From Promethearchaeota archaeon (GTDB lineage: Archaea > Asgardarchaeota > Lokiarchaeia > Sigyniarchaeales > SOKP01): a DNA stretch of 64,000 bases. The position numbers and the translations under genes were made by a program. Below are positions 10,713 to 20,442 of the stretch, piece by piece. Numbering within the stretch: the first letter of the stretch is position 1; every line of letters begins with the position of its first letter. Where the stretch lies: positions 128,001 through 192,000 of the forward strand of contig JAHLWP010000003.1 of the NCBI GenBank assembly GCA_019057865.1, in the 5' to 3' direction. The notes under the pieces were generated by a model that had not been told where the DNA came from, did no database searches, and saw nothing but the letters and a program-made list of their open reading frames with translations.

Positions 10713-11855
10713 ATGTTAGATGACAAATATAGAAAAGCTGCACGAACTATTGTTAAAGCTGGTTTGATTCCATTTCCCATAAATGATACTATGATTGAAT
10801 TATTGAAGCTATTAATTGATGAAGAACAATTACCTTTTATAATGGCATTCAGAAAAAAGGCTTCTCAAACTATGGAGCAATTAAAATTAAGTAGTAAAAT
10901 GTCAGAAAACGAGATAGAAATGCATGTGAAAAAATTAACTAAGAATGGTTTTATATTCAATCAACCCAGTTCAAAAGGAGTAATGGTATATAGATTAATG
11001 CCAATATTTATGATTGGAGCTTTTGAATATATTTTTATGAAAAAACTCGAAATTTCTAAAGAAAATGAAAAATTAGCCCTACTATTTGCTAAATTATTCG
11101 ATGAATTAAGGAATTTTGTACAAAAAAATTATGATAATATAGTCCCAATATATCAAAATTTCCCTCCAATTGATAGAACTGTACCCATATTAGATAAAAC
11201 AATGGAAGGTGAAGAAATTAAGATTTTAATTAATGAAGAGATAAGTATATCAGAAGAACAGATATTACCAACACAGAAAGTTGAAGAAATTATAAAAAAA
11301 TTCGAGGATATTGCGGTGGGTCATTGTTTTTGTCGGCACCATAAAGATTTATTAGGAAATCCTTGTAAAACTACAAATATAAGAGAAAATTGCTTTACTT
11401 TTGGCAAATCTGCGCGCTATACAAGTGAACATGGATTTGCCATAATGATATCTAAAGATGAAGCACTTAAAATTTTAAAAGAGTCTGAAAAAGCTGGTTT
11501 AGTTCATAAAGCTTTTCATCCTCATGAAGACATTGAAAGGGATGAAACAAGTATATGTAATTGTTGTGAATGTTGTTGTGCAACTTTTGAGATGTGGAGA
11601 AAAGGAGCCATATCTATGATAAATTCAACTAATTATTTATCATATATAGATGAAAAATTATGCACTGGATGTAGTATTTGTATAAATAAATGTCCTGTTA
11701 ATGCAATTGAATTAAATGATGATAATAAAGCTGAGAGAAATGCAGAATGGTGTATAGGATGTGGAGTTTGTGCTCATTTCTGCCCTGAAAATGCCATATC
11801 TTTATTGGAAGGAATGCGTAAAGTCTATGTCCCTCCTCCTAAATTGCGAAATTAA
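10713..11855 (+). CDS. 4Fe-4S dicluster protein with N-terminal HTH-like region and Cys-rich middle domain
   Basis: CTGCSICINKCP and CIGCGVCAHFCP ferredoxin motifs; CFCR..C..C; ICNCCECCC. Confidence 0.85.
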   Translation: MLDDKYRKAARTIVKAGLIPFPINDTMIELLKLLIDEEQLPFIMAFRKKASQTMEQLKLSSKMSENEIEMHVKKLTKNGFIFNQPSSKGVMVYRLMPIFMIGAFEYIFMKKLEISKENEKLALLFAKLFDELRNFVQKNYDNIVPIYQNFPPIDRTVPILDKTMEGEEIKILINEEISISEEQILPTQKVEEIIKKFEDIAVGHCFCRHHKDLLGNPCKTTNIRENCFTFGKSARYTSEHGFAIMISKDEALKILKESEKAGLVHKAFHPHEDIERDETSICNCCECCCATFEMWRKGAISMINSTNYLSYIDEKLCTGCSICINKCPVNAIELNDDNKAERNAEWCIGCGVCAHFCPENAISLLEGMRKVYVPPPKLRN

Positions 11856-11890
11856 CATATTATTTCATCTTTCTTCATTATTTGATTCAC

Positions 11891-12451
11891 TTAAGAACCT
11901 TGAAGTTTTTGCTTGAAAACTTCAATAGTGTTAGAAATCTCTTCAATTTGTAAATTAAATTCTTTAGGATGAACCTTTTTCAAATTTTCAAAATTCAAAA
12001 TTATTTGTTTTAATTCATCAATCCATAATTTCATTAATATTTCATCTTCTTTACCAGTAATTACATTTTTTAACTCTCCCCTTATCATAGTTCTTAGTTT
12101 CTCTAAAAGTTGATTTTCGTTTACAGTGAACGAGATTTTCATTACATCAAATTGAGTTTTAACTGCTTCTAAGTCAGATATGATTTTGTTTTTTTCTAAT
12201 AAAAATTGGTCATTAAATTTATGTACCATACTGATAATGATATCTTCTTGAGTTCTTATCGTTTCTTCAGTTTGTTCTTTATATATTGTACTCTCCTCTT
12301 TTATTATTCTAATATTTTCATTAATTAATTCAACATTTTCTTTAAGTTCTTTATTGATTAATTCAATATTCTCTTCAAGTTTATTTACTTGGTCTACTAA
12401 TTTCTGAATTAACTTTGGAGTTACTTCCTTAATAACTTCTTTTTTAGACAA
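11891..12451 (-). CDS. Coiled-coil protein, hypothetical
   Basis: Heptad-rich E/K/I/L sequence; TTG start 6 nt after GGTGA; co-oriented just downstream of the GTPase gene. Confidence 0.7.
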   Translation of the reverse strand: MSKKEVIKEVTPKLIQKLVDQVNKLEENIELINKELKENVELINENIRIIKEESTIYKEQTEETIRTQEDIIISMVHKFNDQFLLEKNKIISDLEAVKTQFDVMKISFTVNENQLLEKLRTMIRGELKNVITGKEDEILMKLWIDELKQIILNFENLKKVHPKEFNLQIEEISNTIEVFKQKLQGS

Positions 12452-12487
12452 TCTTATTCACCATTTCTCTTTTTTTATTTAATCTTT

Positions 12488-13462
12488 TTATTGTGTTTTG
12501 TTTTTTTCCTCTTTTTCTAGTTTTAATATTGATTGCAGCTTTAACTCAAAATCCTCTTTGAAATAATTTAAATCTTTGGATGTTTTATCAATTATCTCGT
12601 TGAGTAAAGCTATTGGAGTTTTCTTTAAATTTATAATTATATCTTTAATTGCTGTTAAATTATTGCTATAAGCATTTATAATATTCTCTTTAATTTCATC
12701 TAATTTGGGAATTTGATATTGAATATCTTTAAGTTCCTCAGGTTTTTCAGTTAATTCAATTTCACTTTCTGATGAAATTGAGACTTTTTTTGTGATCATT
12801 GTAGTCGATTTCTTTTTAAGAGCATATAAATCTATATTTGTTAAATTTGTAAATAAATCATTTAGATCATTCTCACTTTTTTTGATAAATCCTAAAAATT
12901 CTTCTGAAAGTCTACTAGCAGTATCTTCAATTTGATTATCCCAATCTTGCAAAAAATTAAAAACTGATAATTCAAAAAGATCTTGGACTTTATATTGCGT
13001 TTTAGCAGAAATAAGAATTAATGGGATTTCTTTAATACTAAATCGATCAGAAATTTCCTTTAAATCATCTTCCGTTGATATTAAATCTAATTTATTTCCA
13101 ATTAAATAAGTTAAGCAATCTTCAGAAGACTCTGTTAATTTCTTTAAATATGTTTTTTGCAGGTCTAAAAGTGTTTCTTTTGTTTTAGATAAATCAAAAA
13201 CTAATAGGGCTACATCAACATTGTTAAAATGTACTGGGTTTAGCGGATTAAAAGATTTTTGGCCACCAGTGTCCCAGATATTCAAAATTAATGAATGTTC
13301 TTTCAATTTAAACCCTTTCCTAGAAATATTACTTCCTATTGTAGGAATATATCTTTCTGGGAAGCCTTTATCTAAATAAGAGTTTATAATAGAAGTTTTA
13401 CCAACACCAGCATCTCCGAAAATGACTAATTTTATATTAATTTCATTAATGAACATTATCAT
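12488..13462 (-). CDS. Rab/Ras-like small GTPase with about 150-aa C-terminal helical extension
   Basis: G1 GDAGVGKT, G2 YIPTIG, G3 WDTGGQ, G4 NKLD, G5 SAK. Confidence 0.92.
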   Translation of the reverse strand: MIMFINEINIKLVIFGDAGVGKTSIINSYLDKGFPERYIPTIGSNISRKGFKLKEHSLILNIWDTGGQKSFNPLNPVHFNNVDVALLVFDLSKTKETLLDLQKTYLKKLTESSEDCLTYLIGNKLDLISTEDDLKEISDRFSIKEIPLILISAKTQYKVQDLFELSVFNFLQDWDNQIEDTASRLSEEFLGFIKKSENDLNDLFTNLTNIDLYALKKKSTTMITKKVSISSESEIELTEKPEELKDIQYQIPKLDEIKENIINAYSNNLTAIKDIIINLKKTPIALLNEIIDKTSKDLNYFKEDFELKLQSILKLEKEEKNKTQ

Positions 13463-13703
13463 ATCCCAGTTTGTATAAGAAATCTAATTGAATAAATTAT
13501 GACAGATTTTATATATAAATTTGTTCTGAGTATTTATTTCAAAATTTATTTAATTGTTTTTTTTAGATAAAAAAGCTTTAAATGTTAAAGTTCTAAATCA
13601 TAAATGTAAAAATAGTTTTAGCATTATAAATTTAAAAATTCAGAGAAGTTAAAATCAATTAATATTTAATTTAAATAGAATTAATATTATAATTATTAGA
13701 TAA

Positions 13704-14651
13704 ATGAGTCAAAATAGTTGTATTGAATTACATAATGTTTCTAAAAGTTATAAAGATCTTCTTGCTTTAAATAATATTTCTTTTACAATAGAAAAAGGAG
13801 ATGTTTTTGGATATATTGGTCCAAATGGAGCTGGTAAGACAACAACAATAAAAATATTAGTAGGATTAATTCCAAATTTCAAGGGAGAAGTCTATGTCAA
13901 TGAAAAACATTTATCAAAATATAAAGATCTCCACAAGATTATTGGTTATCATCCTCAGGAAGTAGGGTTTCAAGATTGGAGAACCGTAGATCATGCTCTT
14001 AAAACTTTTGGTCGCTTATCTGGATTGAATAAAAACCTACTAGAAAATCGAATTCAAGAAATTTTAAAATTTGTAAATCTTGAAGATGTGAGGTATAAAA
14101 AGATCAAGAATTTATCAGGGGGGATGATCCAGAAGTTAAGATTGTCTCAAGCTCTTTTACATGAACCAGAAATACTTGTTTTAGATGAGCCATTATCTGG
14201 TTTAGATCCTTCCATGAGATATCAAATAAAAGATTTAATCAAAGATCTCGCTAAAAGTGGTATAACTATCTTATTTTCATCTCATATTTTGAGTGATGTT
14301 CAAGATATAGCAAATATCATTGGAATTTTACATAAAGGTGAACTTCTTAAAATAGGAACTCCTGATGATCTACAGAGTGATTTTCAAGTAGGAAATATAA
14401 TAAAAATTGAAGTTGCTAAAGATTCTCCATTATGTCAAGGTTTAGAAAATATTCCTGAGATTGAAAAAGTGGAACAACTAGCTTCAAATCTTCAGTTTGT
14501 ACACTTAAAATCTGAAATTAATTTAGATCTTATAATTAATCAAATTCTTAAATCATTGATAGAAAGTAAGTGTAATATACGAAATTTTAGTGTGGTTAAA
14601 CCAAGTTTAGAAGAAGTATATTTAAAGTATGTTGGAGGTGAAGTAAAGTGA
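13704..14651 (+). CDS. ABC-2-type transporter ATP-binding protein
   Basis: GPNGAGKT, LSGGM, LDEP, SSH, PSLEEVYL. Confidence 0.93.
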   Translation: MSQNSCIELHNVSKSYKDLLALNNISFTIEKGDVFGYIGPNGAGKTTTIKILVGLIPNFKGEVYVNEKHLSKYKDLHKIIGYHPQEVGFQDWRTVDHALKTFGRLSGLNKNLLENRIQEILKFVNLEDVRYKKIKNLSGGMIQKLRLSQALLHEPEILVLDEPLSGLDPSMRYQIKDLIKDLAKSGITILFSSHILSDVQDIANIIGILHKGELLKIGTPDDLQSDFQVGNIIKIEVAKDSPLCQGLENIPEIEKVEQLASNLQFVHLKSEINLDLIINQILKSLIESKCNIRNFSVVKPSLEEVYLKYVGGEVK

Positions 14652-15307
14652 GTTTATTATTACTTTTTTTAGATGAATTGAAAGGATTTGCTAAGTCTAA
14701 AATTATGATTATTTTGTGGTTTGGATTACCAGCACTAGCTATATTAATTCATTTTATACAGCCTGAAACCGAGGATTTTCCAATAACATCTTTAGTGACA
14801 ATTGTTGTCTCAAGTATCGGTAGTACCCTATCCTCCATTATGCTTAGTACCTCAATTGTTAATGAAAAAAATAACCATGTTTATGAATTATTTCTTGTTA
14901 GACCTGTCAAACGTTATTCTTTGCTCATATCAAAATTTCTAGCAGTTTATTTGTGCTTAATTATTGCAGTAGGTTTATCTCTTCTAGTAGGGCTAGTTAT
15001 AGATGGCATTACGGTTGGAATTCCTGAAGATTTCTTAGATTTAATATTTGATTCGCTATCAATAAGTTTATCATCAATGGCAATAACATGTTCAATTGGT
15101 ATTTTTTTTGGAGTATTAGTGTCTTCTGTAGCTGCAGCTGCTATTTTATCTGTATATTTAGGTAGTCAATTATCTTCCATTATACTTTTACCAACATTCT
15201 TTTCAGAAACTTTAGATCCTGTATTATTGGCATTAACAATAGGTATATCAGCTACTATAACTATAATGATTATCAATATTTTTATATTTAGTCGAAAACA
15301 ATTTTAA
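14648..15307 (+). CDS. ABC-2-type permease
   Basis: About 6 TM helices; EK..YELFLVRPVKR..LISKFLA motif; GTG start overlapping the ATPase stop, after GGAGGTGA. Confidence 0.88.
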   Translation: MSLLLLFLDELKGFAKSKIMIILWFGLPALAILIHFIQPETEDFPITSLVTIVVSSIGSTLSSIMLSTSIVNEKNNHVYELFLVRPVKRYSLLISKFLAVYLCLIIAVGLSLLVGLVIDGITVGIPEDFLDLIFDSLSISLSSMAITCSIGIFFGVLVSSVAAAAILSVYLGSQLSSIILLPTFFSETLDPVLLALTIGISATITIMIINIFIFSRKQF

Positions 15308-15904
15308 CTAAATTTCATCTAGATTTTTATTTTTAGTTGAAAATTTTCTATGGGCATAAATGATTCTGTGTAAAGCAGTAATATTAGTCCCAATTGCCAG
15401 AATTATCATTGTCCAACAAATAGCGTTAGGAAACCAAATCTGTATTATAGATCCAATTAGTAGAATAGGTACGCGATCTGTTCTTTCAAGTATTCCAACT
15501 CCATACATACTTTTTACTCCAAGTGCTTCAATTTTAGCTCGAGTATAAGAAGTTAAAAACGCACCAAATAGTACAATTAGACCTATTTCAATCGAGGTAT
15601 ATCCACCAAGGATCACTCCAAAAAATAGAAAAAAATCTCCGATTCGATCTAACGTAGAATCTAGAAAGGCTCCCATCTTTGTTGGTCCTTGAAGACGGGC
15701 AACTACACCATCTAATTGATCAAAAAATTCTGTAATAAATAAGAAAGCAATAATTAAAGGGAGATTTTGAAAATAGAAACCTAAAAATGTTATAATGGCA
15801 GAGATCATACCAAATAAAGTAAAATAATTTGCTGGTATTTTTGTTAACTTTCTTCCTAATGGAAGCAACAGTTTTTCTGAAAATTTTTTTACTTGTAATA
15901 GCAT
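15308..15904 (-). CDS. CDP-alcohol phosphatidyltransferase (archaetidylinositol-phosphate synthase-like)
   Basis: DQLDGVVAR...GAFLDSTLDR signature; SYTRAK.E; ERTDR. Confidence 0.9.
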   Translation of the reverse strand: MLLQVKKFSEKLLLPLGRKLTKIPANYFTLFGMISAIITFLGFYFQNLPLIIAFLFITEFFDQLDGVVARLQGPTKMGAFLDSTLDRIGDFFLFFGVILGGYTSIEIGLIVLFGAFLTSYTRAKIEALGVKSMYGVGILERTDRVPILLIGSIIQIWFPNAICWTMIILAIGTNITALHRIIYAHRKFSTKNKNLDEI

Positions 15905-16016
15905 AGAATTGTCTTTCCTAATTTTTTATTATTAGTCTTTTTTTAAAATTAAGATCATATAAAAATAAAGTTTTACCTACTATTTTATATAAAAAAAATT
16001 TGATAATAGAAAAAAT

Positions 16017-17513
16017 CTAAATTCCATAAATTGGATAAAATTTCTTTTCAAGATATTTCATAAAGTAATCTGAGTTCAAGGGTTCCCCTGTAATTCTTTT
16101 TATTAAATCATCTGCTCTATAAATCATTCCATGTTGATGCACATTTTCTCTTAAATAATTCAATAAATTAGAAAATTCGCCTTTTCTATAATCTTCTGGT
16201 AGGTGCGGAAGTTTTTTGAGAGCATCCTGATATATCTGCGCTCCATAAAGATTTCCAAGAAAATATGTAGGGAAATATCCTATACTGCCCATACTCCAGT
16301 GTATATCTTGTAATACCCCTTGAGCGTCATTTGGGGGAATAATTCCTAATAATTCTTCAAATTTAGAATTCCATAATTCGGGTAATTCTTTTACTTGAAT
16401 TTTACCATCTATAAGTTCTTTTTCTAATTCAAATCTCAAAATAATATGTAAACCATATGTTACCTCATCTGCATTTACTCTTATAAATGATGGCTGAACA
16501 GTATTAACAGCCCTATAAAAGTCTTGCATTGGATAGTCTTTTAAATTTTCAGGGAAATACTTTTGAAAAGTTGGATACCAATACATCCAAAATTCCTTAC
16601 TACGGCCTACAAAATTCTCCCACATTCTTGATTGAGATTCATGAATTCCCATTGAAGTGCCGTTACATAAAATTGTATCATGAAGCTCCTTCTTAATACC
16701 CATTTCATAAAGTGCATGACCACATTCGTGTATTGTTCCTAAGATACATTCATTAAGGTAATCTTCTGATGTCCTTGTAGTGATTCGCGTATCCATAGAA
16801 GCAAGTGATGATGTAAATGGGTGGGTTGATCTATCCTGACGACCATACCCAAGATCATAATTAAGTTTTTTAATTATCTCAAAACTAAGTTCAAACTGTT
16901 TATCTGGATCATAATTCTTCCTTAGTATTGAATCATCAGGCTTATCTGAAGAAGAATTTAACTTTTTAACAAAATCTATTAGTTTTGGTTTTATTGGATT
17001 AAAGACATTAGAAATCCAATCATATGTAGCATCAGGTTCATATAAATCAATTAAAGTTGAATACATATCTGGATGAGTCTCAAGCCTTCTTGCTTTTTCT
17101 TTTTGTAATTCAACACTCTTCTCAAGGATATTTTGGAAAATTGAAAAATCACTTTTAGCTCTAGCCTCTCTCCAATCTTTGGCTGCTAATATACTAGTTT
17201 CAGCAATTTCTGTTACTAATTTTTCAGGTAATTTTGTTGCAAGATTATATTCTCTAGTAATTTCACGTAGCATAGCACTTTCAATTTCATTAAGATCAGT
17301 AAGTTCTTCTGCTTCCTTTATTAATTTACCGACCATTTCTGAAGTTACTCTTTTATGAATTAATTTTTCTAGTAAAGATACTTGCTTAGATCTACCTTCT
17401 AATGACTTATAATTTTGCATATTTACCTCTTGATCCCATCCCAATGTCACTTGTATATAGTGTAGTCTCATTATTTCAGCAAAACATTCCTTAAGTTCTT
17501 CTATAGCATTCAT
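16017..17513 (-). CDS. Carboxypeptidase, M32 (Taq-like) family
   Basis: HPF, HECGH, HESQS, IRVNADE, GVLQDIHW, GYFPTY. Confidence 0.95.
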   Translation of the reverse strand: MNAIEELKECFAEIMRLHYIQVTLGWDQEVNMQNYKSLEGRSKQVSLLEKLIHKRVTSEMVGKLIKEAEELTDLNEIESAMLREITREYNLATKLPEKLVTEIAETSILAAKDWREARAKSDFSIFQNILEKSVELQKEKARRLETHPDMYSTLIDLYEPDATYDWISNVFNPIKPKLIDFVKKLNSSSDKPDDSILRKNYDPDKQFELSFEIIKKLNYDLGYGRQDRSTHPFTSSLASMDTRITTRTSEDYLNECILGTIHECGHALYEMGIKKELHDTILCNGTSMGIHESQSRMWENFVGRSKEFWMYWYPTFQKYFPENLKDYPMQDFYRAVNTVQPSFIRVNADEVTYGLHIILRFELEKELIDGKIQVKELPELWNSKFEELLGIIPPNDAQGVLQDIHWSMGSIGYFPTYFLGNLYGAQIYQDALKKLPHLPEDYRKGEFSNLLNYLRENVHQHGMIYRADDLIKRITGEPLNSDYFMKYLEKKFYPIYGI

Positions 17514-17703
17514 TTTAAAAACTTTATATTGTAGTGATAAAAATTTTTAAAAAAGATAATTAAGGATATACAAATAAATTTTAGTTTTATTTTTCCTAAA
17601 TGTAATATTTTTTAATTAATTATCAATCTAAAGAGAATAAAGCACAATAAAAACAAATTACAGATTAGATAGAAGTATATTTTAAAAATTTTTAAAAAAA
17701 TCA

Positions 17704-19263
17704 TTACATTTGTTCTTGTTTAACAAAAAAATCTGCTGCTAGATTAATATCCTCCTTAGTCAATGTTCTTCCTAAGGAATTATGTAATTCTGTTACCAAT
17801 TGTTCGCATAATTTTAAACTCAAGGAACTTCCTTTCTCAGTTATCATTTTTTGTAACTCGCTAGCGAAGTCACCTAATTTAGCTTTTGATTCATCCAATT
17901 TTGGAAATAAATCAGTAGGCAATTTAGTTTCTTTAATTTTCACTTCTTTTTCGGTGGGTATTACGATCTTTAACTCTTTTGGAGTTAATGTAAGTTTTTT
18001 AGATTTGGGAGATACTTCCTCAGTTTTGAAAATTTTTAATTCTTTTGGCTTCTTTTCTAGTTGTTTAAATGACACCATTTTTTCTGTTGGTTTAGTAGAA
18101 GTTTCAGATTCTTTTATTTGAATAGCTTTTTCTGAAATCTCAGATATAGGTTTTGTACCAGGAAGCGGTTGTACTTTTATTTTTTTTGAAAATTTTAATT
18201 TAGCTGGGATTGCAAATTCTTTCTTTCTAATCATTTCTTTTCTAATCTTTACTTTTTCGTCAATTAATTTTCTAAGATTATCTACTTTTGTTTGAAGACT
18301 TGGTAAATACATAAAATCTTGATATAAATTACATACATTGATTAATTCATTATATTTCGCTAATGCTTGGACATTATTTCCAACAGCAACTAATTCATCA
18401 GCTACTTTTATTAATTCATTAAAATTTGATGGTAATTTTTCCTTTAAACCTACAGACTTTTTTACTAATTCCTCAATATTTTGCTTAGTTTCAGAATCAT
18501 TTAGAGAAAGTTCAATAAAATCATATATATCTAATTCGTTCTTAATTCTTTTTATATCGTCATTATCAACTAAATCTCGTTTGTTAGCAACCATTAGTAA
18601 TCTGGAAAAATTACTTTCAAGCTTATGTAAGTTTATAAAATGATTAACTACCTTCAAATGATAGTTTGATAAATCAAATAATAGAATAATTAAATCAGAT
18701 CCACTGATAAACTTAGACCACAAAGGAGAAAAATTATCTTTTATTTGAAAATCCCATAAATCAAAATTTAAACCATCCATCTCAAAAATTGATGATTTAG
18801 CAAAATTCATTATCGATCTTTCTCCACCACTGCGCAGCATGTTATAGAGTGTTGTTTTTCCAGAACCAGTTGGTCCAATAATTGCTATCTTTGAGTGAAG
18901 ATCTTTTTGGATCAAATCTAAGAAGCGCATAAACTCATATTTAGAAGGACTTGATTCTTTAATCTTAGAGGGGTCAGGAAATAATTCTTTAAACTTTTTC
19001 ATCGTACTTTTTATAATATCATTTAATATATCAAGTGAATCAACTAAATCAGCTATAAATAAAAAATACAATTCTCCAGCTCCCCTATGAAATATCTGAA
19101 AATTTGAAACCGGACGACTAAAAGTTTTGCCAGTCATTGGCATATCGATATATTCTTGAATAATTTCTTTAACGTTGTTTAATTCCTCGGCACTTAATGC
19201 CATCGCATAATCCTTACAAAATAAATGTTCAGCTTTAAGAAAAATGTGAATTTGTCTTAACAT
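17704..19263 (-). CDS. Multidomain protein: longin-like N-terminus, small GTPase, helical (MIT/TPR-like) domain, Lys/Pro/Glu-rich linker, C-terminal helical domain
   Basis: GPTGSGKT, WDFQ (degenerate G3), NKRD; N-terminal beta/alpha pattern MLRQIHIF...LYFLFIAD. Confidence 0.75.
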   Translation of the reverse strand: MLRQIHIFLKAEHLFCKDYAMALSAEELNNVKEIIQEYIDMPMTGKTFSRPVSNFQIFHRGAGELYFLFIADLVDSLDILNDIIKSTMKKFKELFPDPSKIKESSPSKYEFMRFLDLIQKDLHSKIAIIGPTGSGKTTLYNMLRSGGERSIMNFAKSSIFEMDGLNFDLWDFQIKDNFSPLWSKFISGSDLIILLFDLSNYHLKVVNHFINLHKLESNFSRLLMVANKRDLVDNDDIKRIKNELDIYDFIELSLNDSETKQNIEELVKKSVGLKEKLPSNFNELIKVADELVAVGNNVQALAKYNELINVCNLYQDFMYLPSLQTKVDNLRKLIDEKVKIRKEMIRKKEFAIPAKLKFSKKIKVQPLPGTKPISEISEKAIQIKESETSTKPTEKMVSFKQLEKKPKELKIFKTEEVSPKSKKLTLTPKELKIVIPTEKEVKIKETKLPTDLFPKLDESKAKLGDFASELQKMITEKGSSLSLKLCEQLVTELHNSLGRTLTKEDINLAADFFVKQEQM

Positions 19264-19460
19264 ATTCTACTTATCCTAACACATTCTATTCTATCCTACA
19301 AAGAAAGAAGTAATGCTTCTTAATAATTTTTTATAATTCCTTTCTAATAAAAGTTTAAGTATTTCTATAGAATAATAGAAAATTGATAAAAAATATTAGA
19401 CTTGAAAGTTAATTTCATTATAAGATCTATAATAAAATTTTGACATTCTAAAACAAAAAG

Positions 19461-20417
19461 ATGCCTTTACAACCAGAACATATATTAAATTATTTGGCAA
19501 ATGAATCAGAAACAAAATATAAATCAGATTTGATTGATTTATTGATGAATAGAATTGATAAATTATGTTTTGAAGAATGTCAGATTGATAGAATTCAATG
19601 TACATTAACACCATTATGTGCCAGACGCTTTTTATTGAAATTAAGAATAAAAAATGGCTTAGCATTAGAGGATCTACCAAAATTTTGTTATAGCGTTCAT
19701 AAAGGGGTCATCGAAAGGGATTTTAGGAATAAAACTGTTGTATATAGACCTTATGATGCTTATTTATATCAAGTAGACTTTTTAGATATATTTTTTCATG
19801 GAGATTATCGTAAATTAAATAAGTTTATTTCTTTCCAAAAATGGAAAGATGCTTTAAAGATATTCGATGATAGGATTCAAAATCGAAATGAGAATTTTAA
19901 ATACATATTAATGAATAATTATATGATTTTCAAATATGATGATCGTATACATGTTATCTATATTAATGAAAAATATGTCCTTTGTAATGCTAATCGCGAA
20001 AACATTGTTAGTCTTGAATTATTATTGGGTTTAATCATACTATTTGCTCAAATCTATTTTCCTGAGGTAAGTATGAAATTAATTCCATCAGAATATGTAT
20101 CAGTTTCAACATTGATACCTCATGATGTGCTAATAAAAATTAAAGATAAACCTCCAGAAGATAATGATTCAAAAGCAGATAATTATTTTTGGAATGTTTT
20201 TGCAGAAGATTTAGATGCCCTAACGCAATATTGTGAAGAAATACATTTACAAATGGATGACAATGAAAATTTAGAAATAATAATAAATATTAGTGTGGAA
20301 TCTAATAATTATGTTGAGCATAATAAGAGATTGCCTTTAAGGTTTAGAGATTTGCGATTAATTTTTAATTTTATAACACGAATTTATAATGATTATTATA
20401 TTATTTGGGTAGATTAA
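19461..20417 (+). CDS. Hypothetical protein with N-terminal Cys cluster
   Basis: 318-aa ORF; CFEEC..C..C..C; co-oriented with the next gene. Confidence 0.75.
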   Translation: MPLQPEHILNYLANESETKYKSDLIDLLMNRIDKLCFEECQIDRIQCTLTPLCARRFLLKLRIKNGLALEDLPKFCYSVHKGVIERDFRNKTVVYRPYDAYLYQVDFLDIFFHGDYRKLNKFISFQKWKDALKIFDDRIQNRNENFKYILMNNYMIFKYDDRIHVIYINEKYVLCNANRENIVSLELLLGLIILFAQIYFPEVSMKLIPSEYVSVSTLIPHDVLIKIKDKPPEDNDSKADNYFWNVFAEDLDALTQYCEEIHLQMDDNENLEIIINISVESNNYVEHNKRLPLRFRDLRLIFNFITRIYNDYYIIWVD

Positions 20418-20442
20418 ATAAGAAGAGAAGAGGTTAATAATA

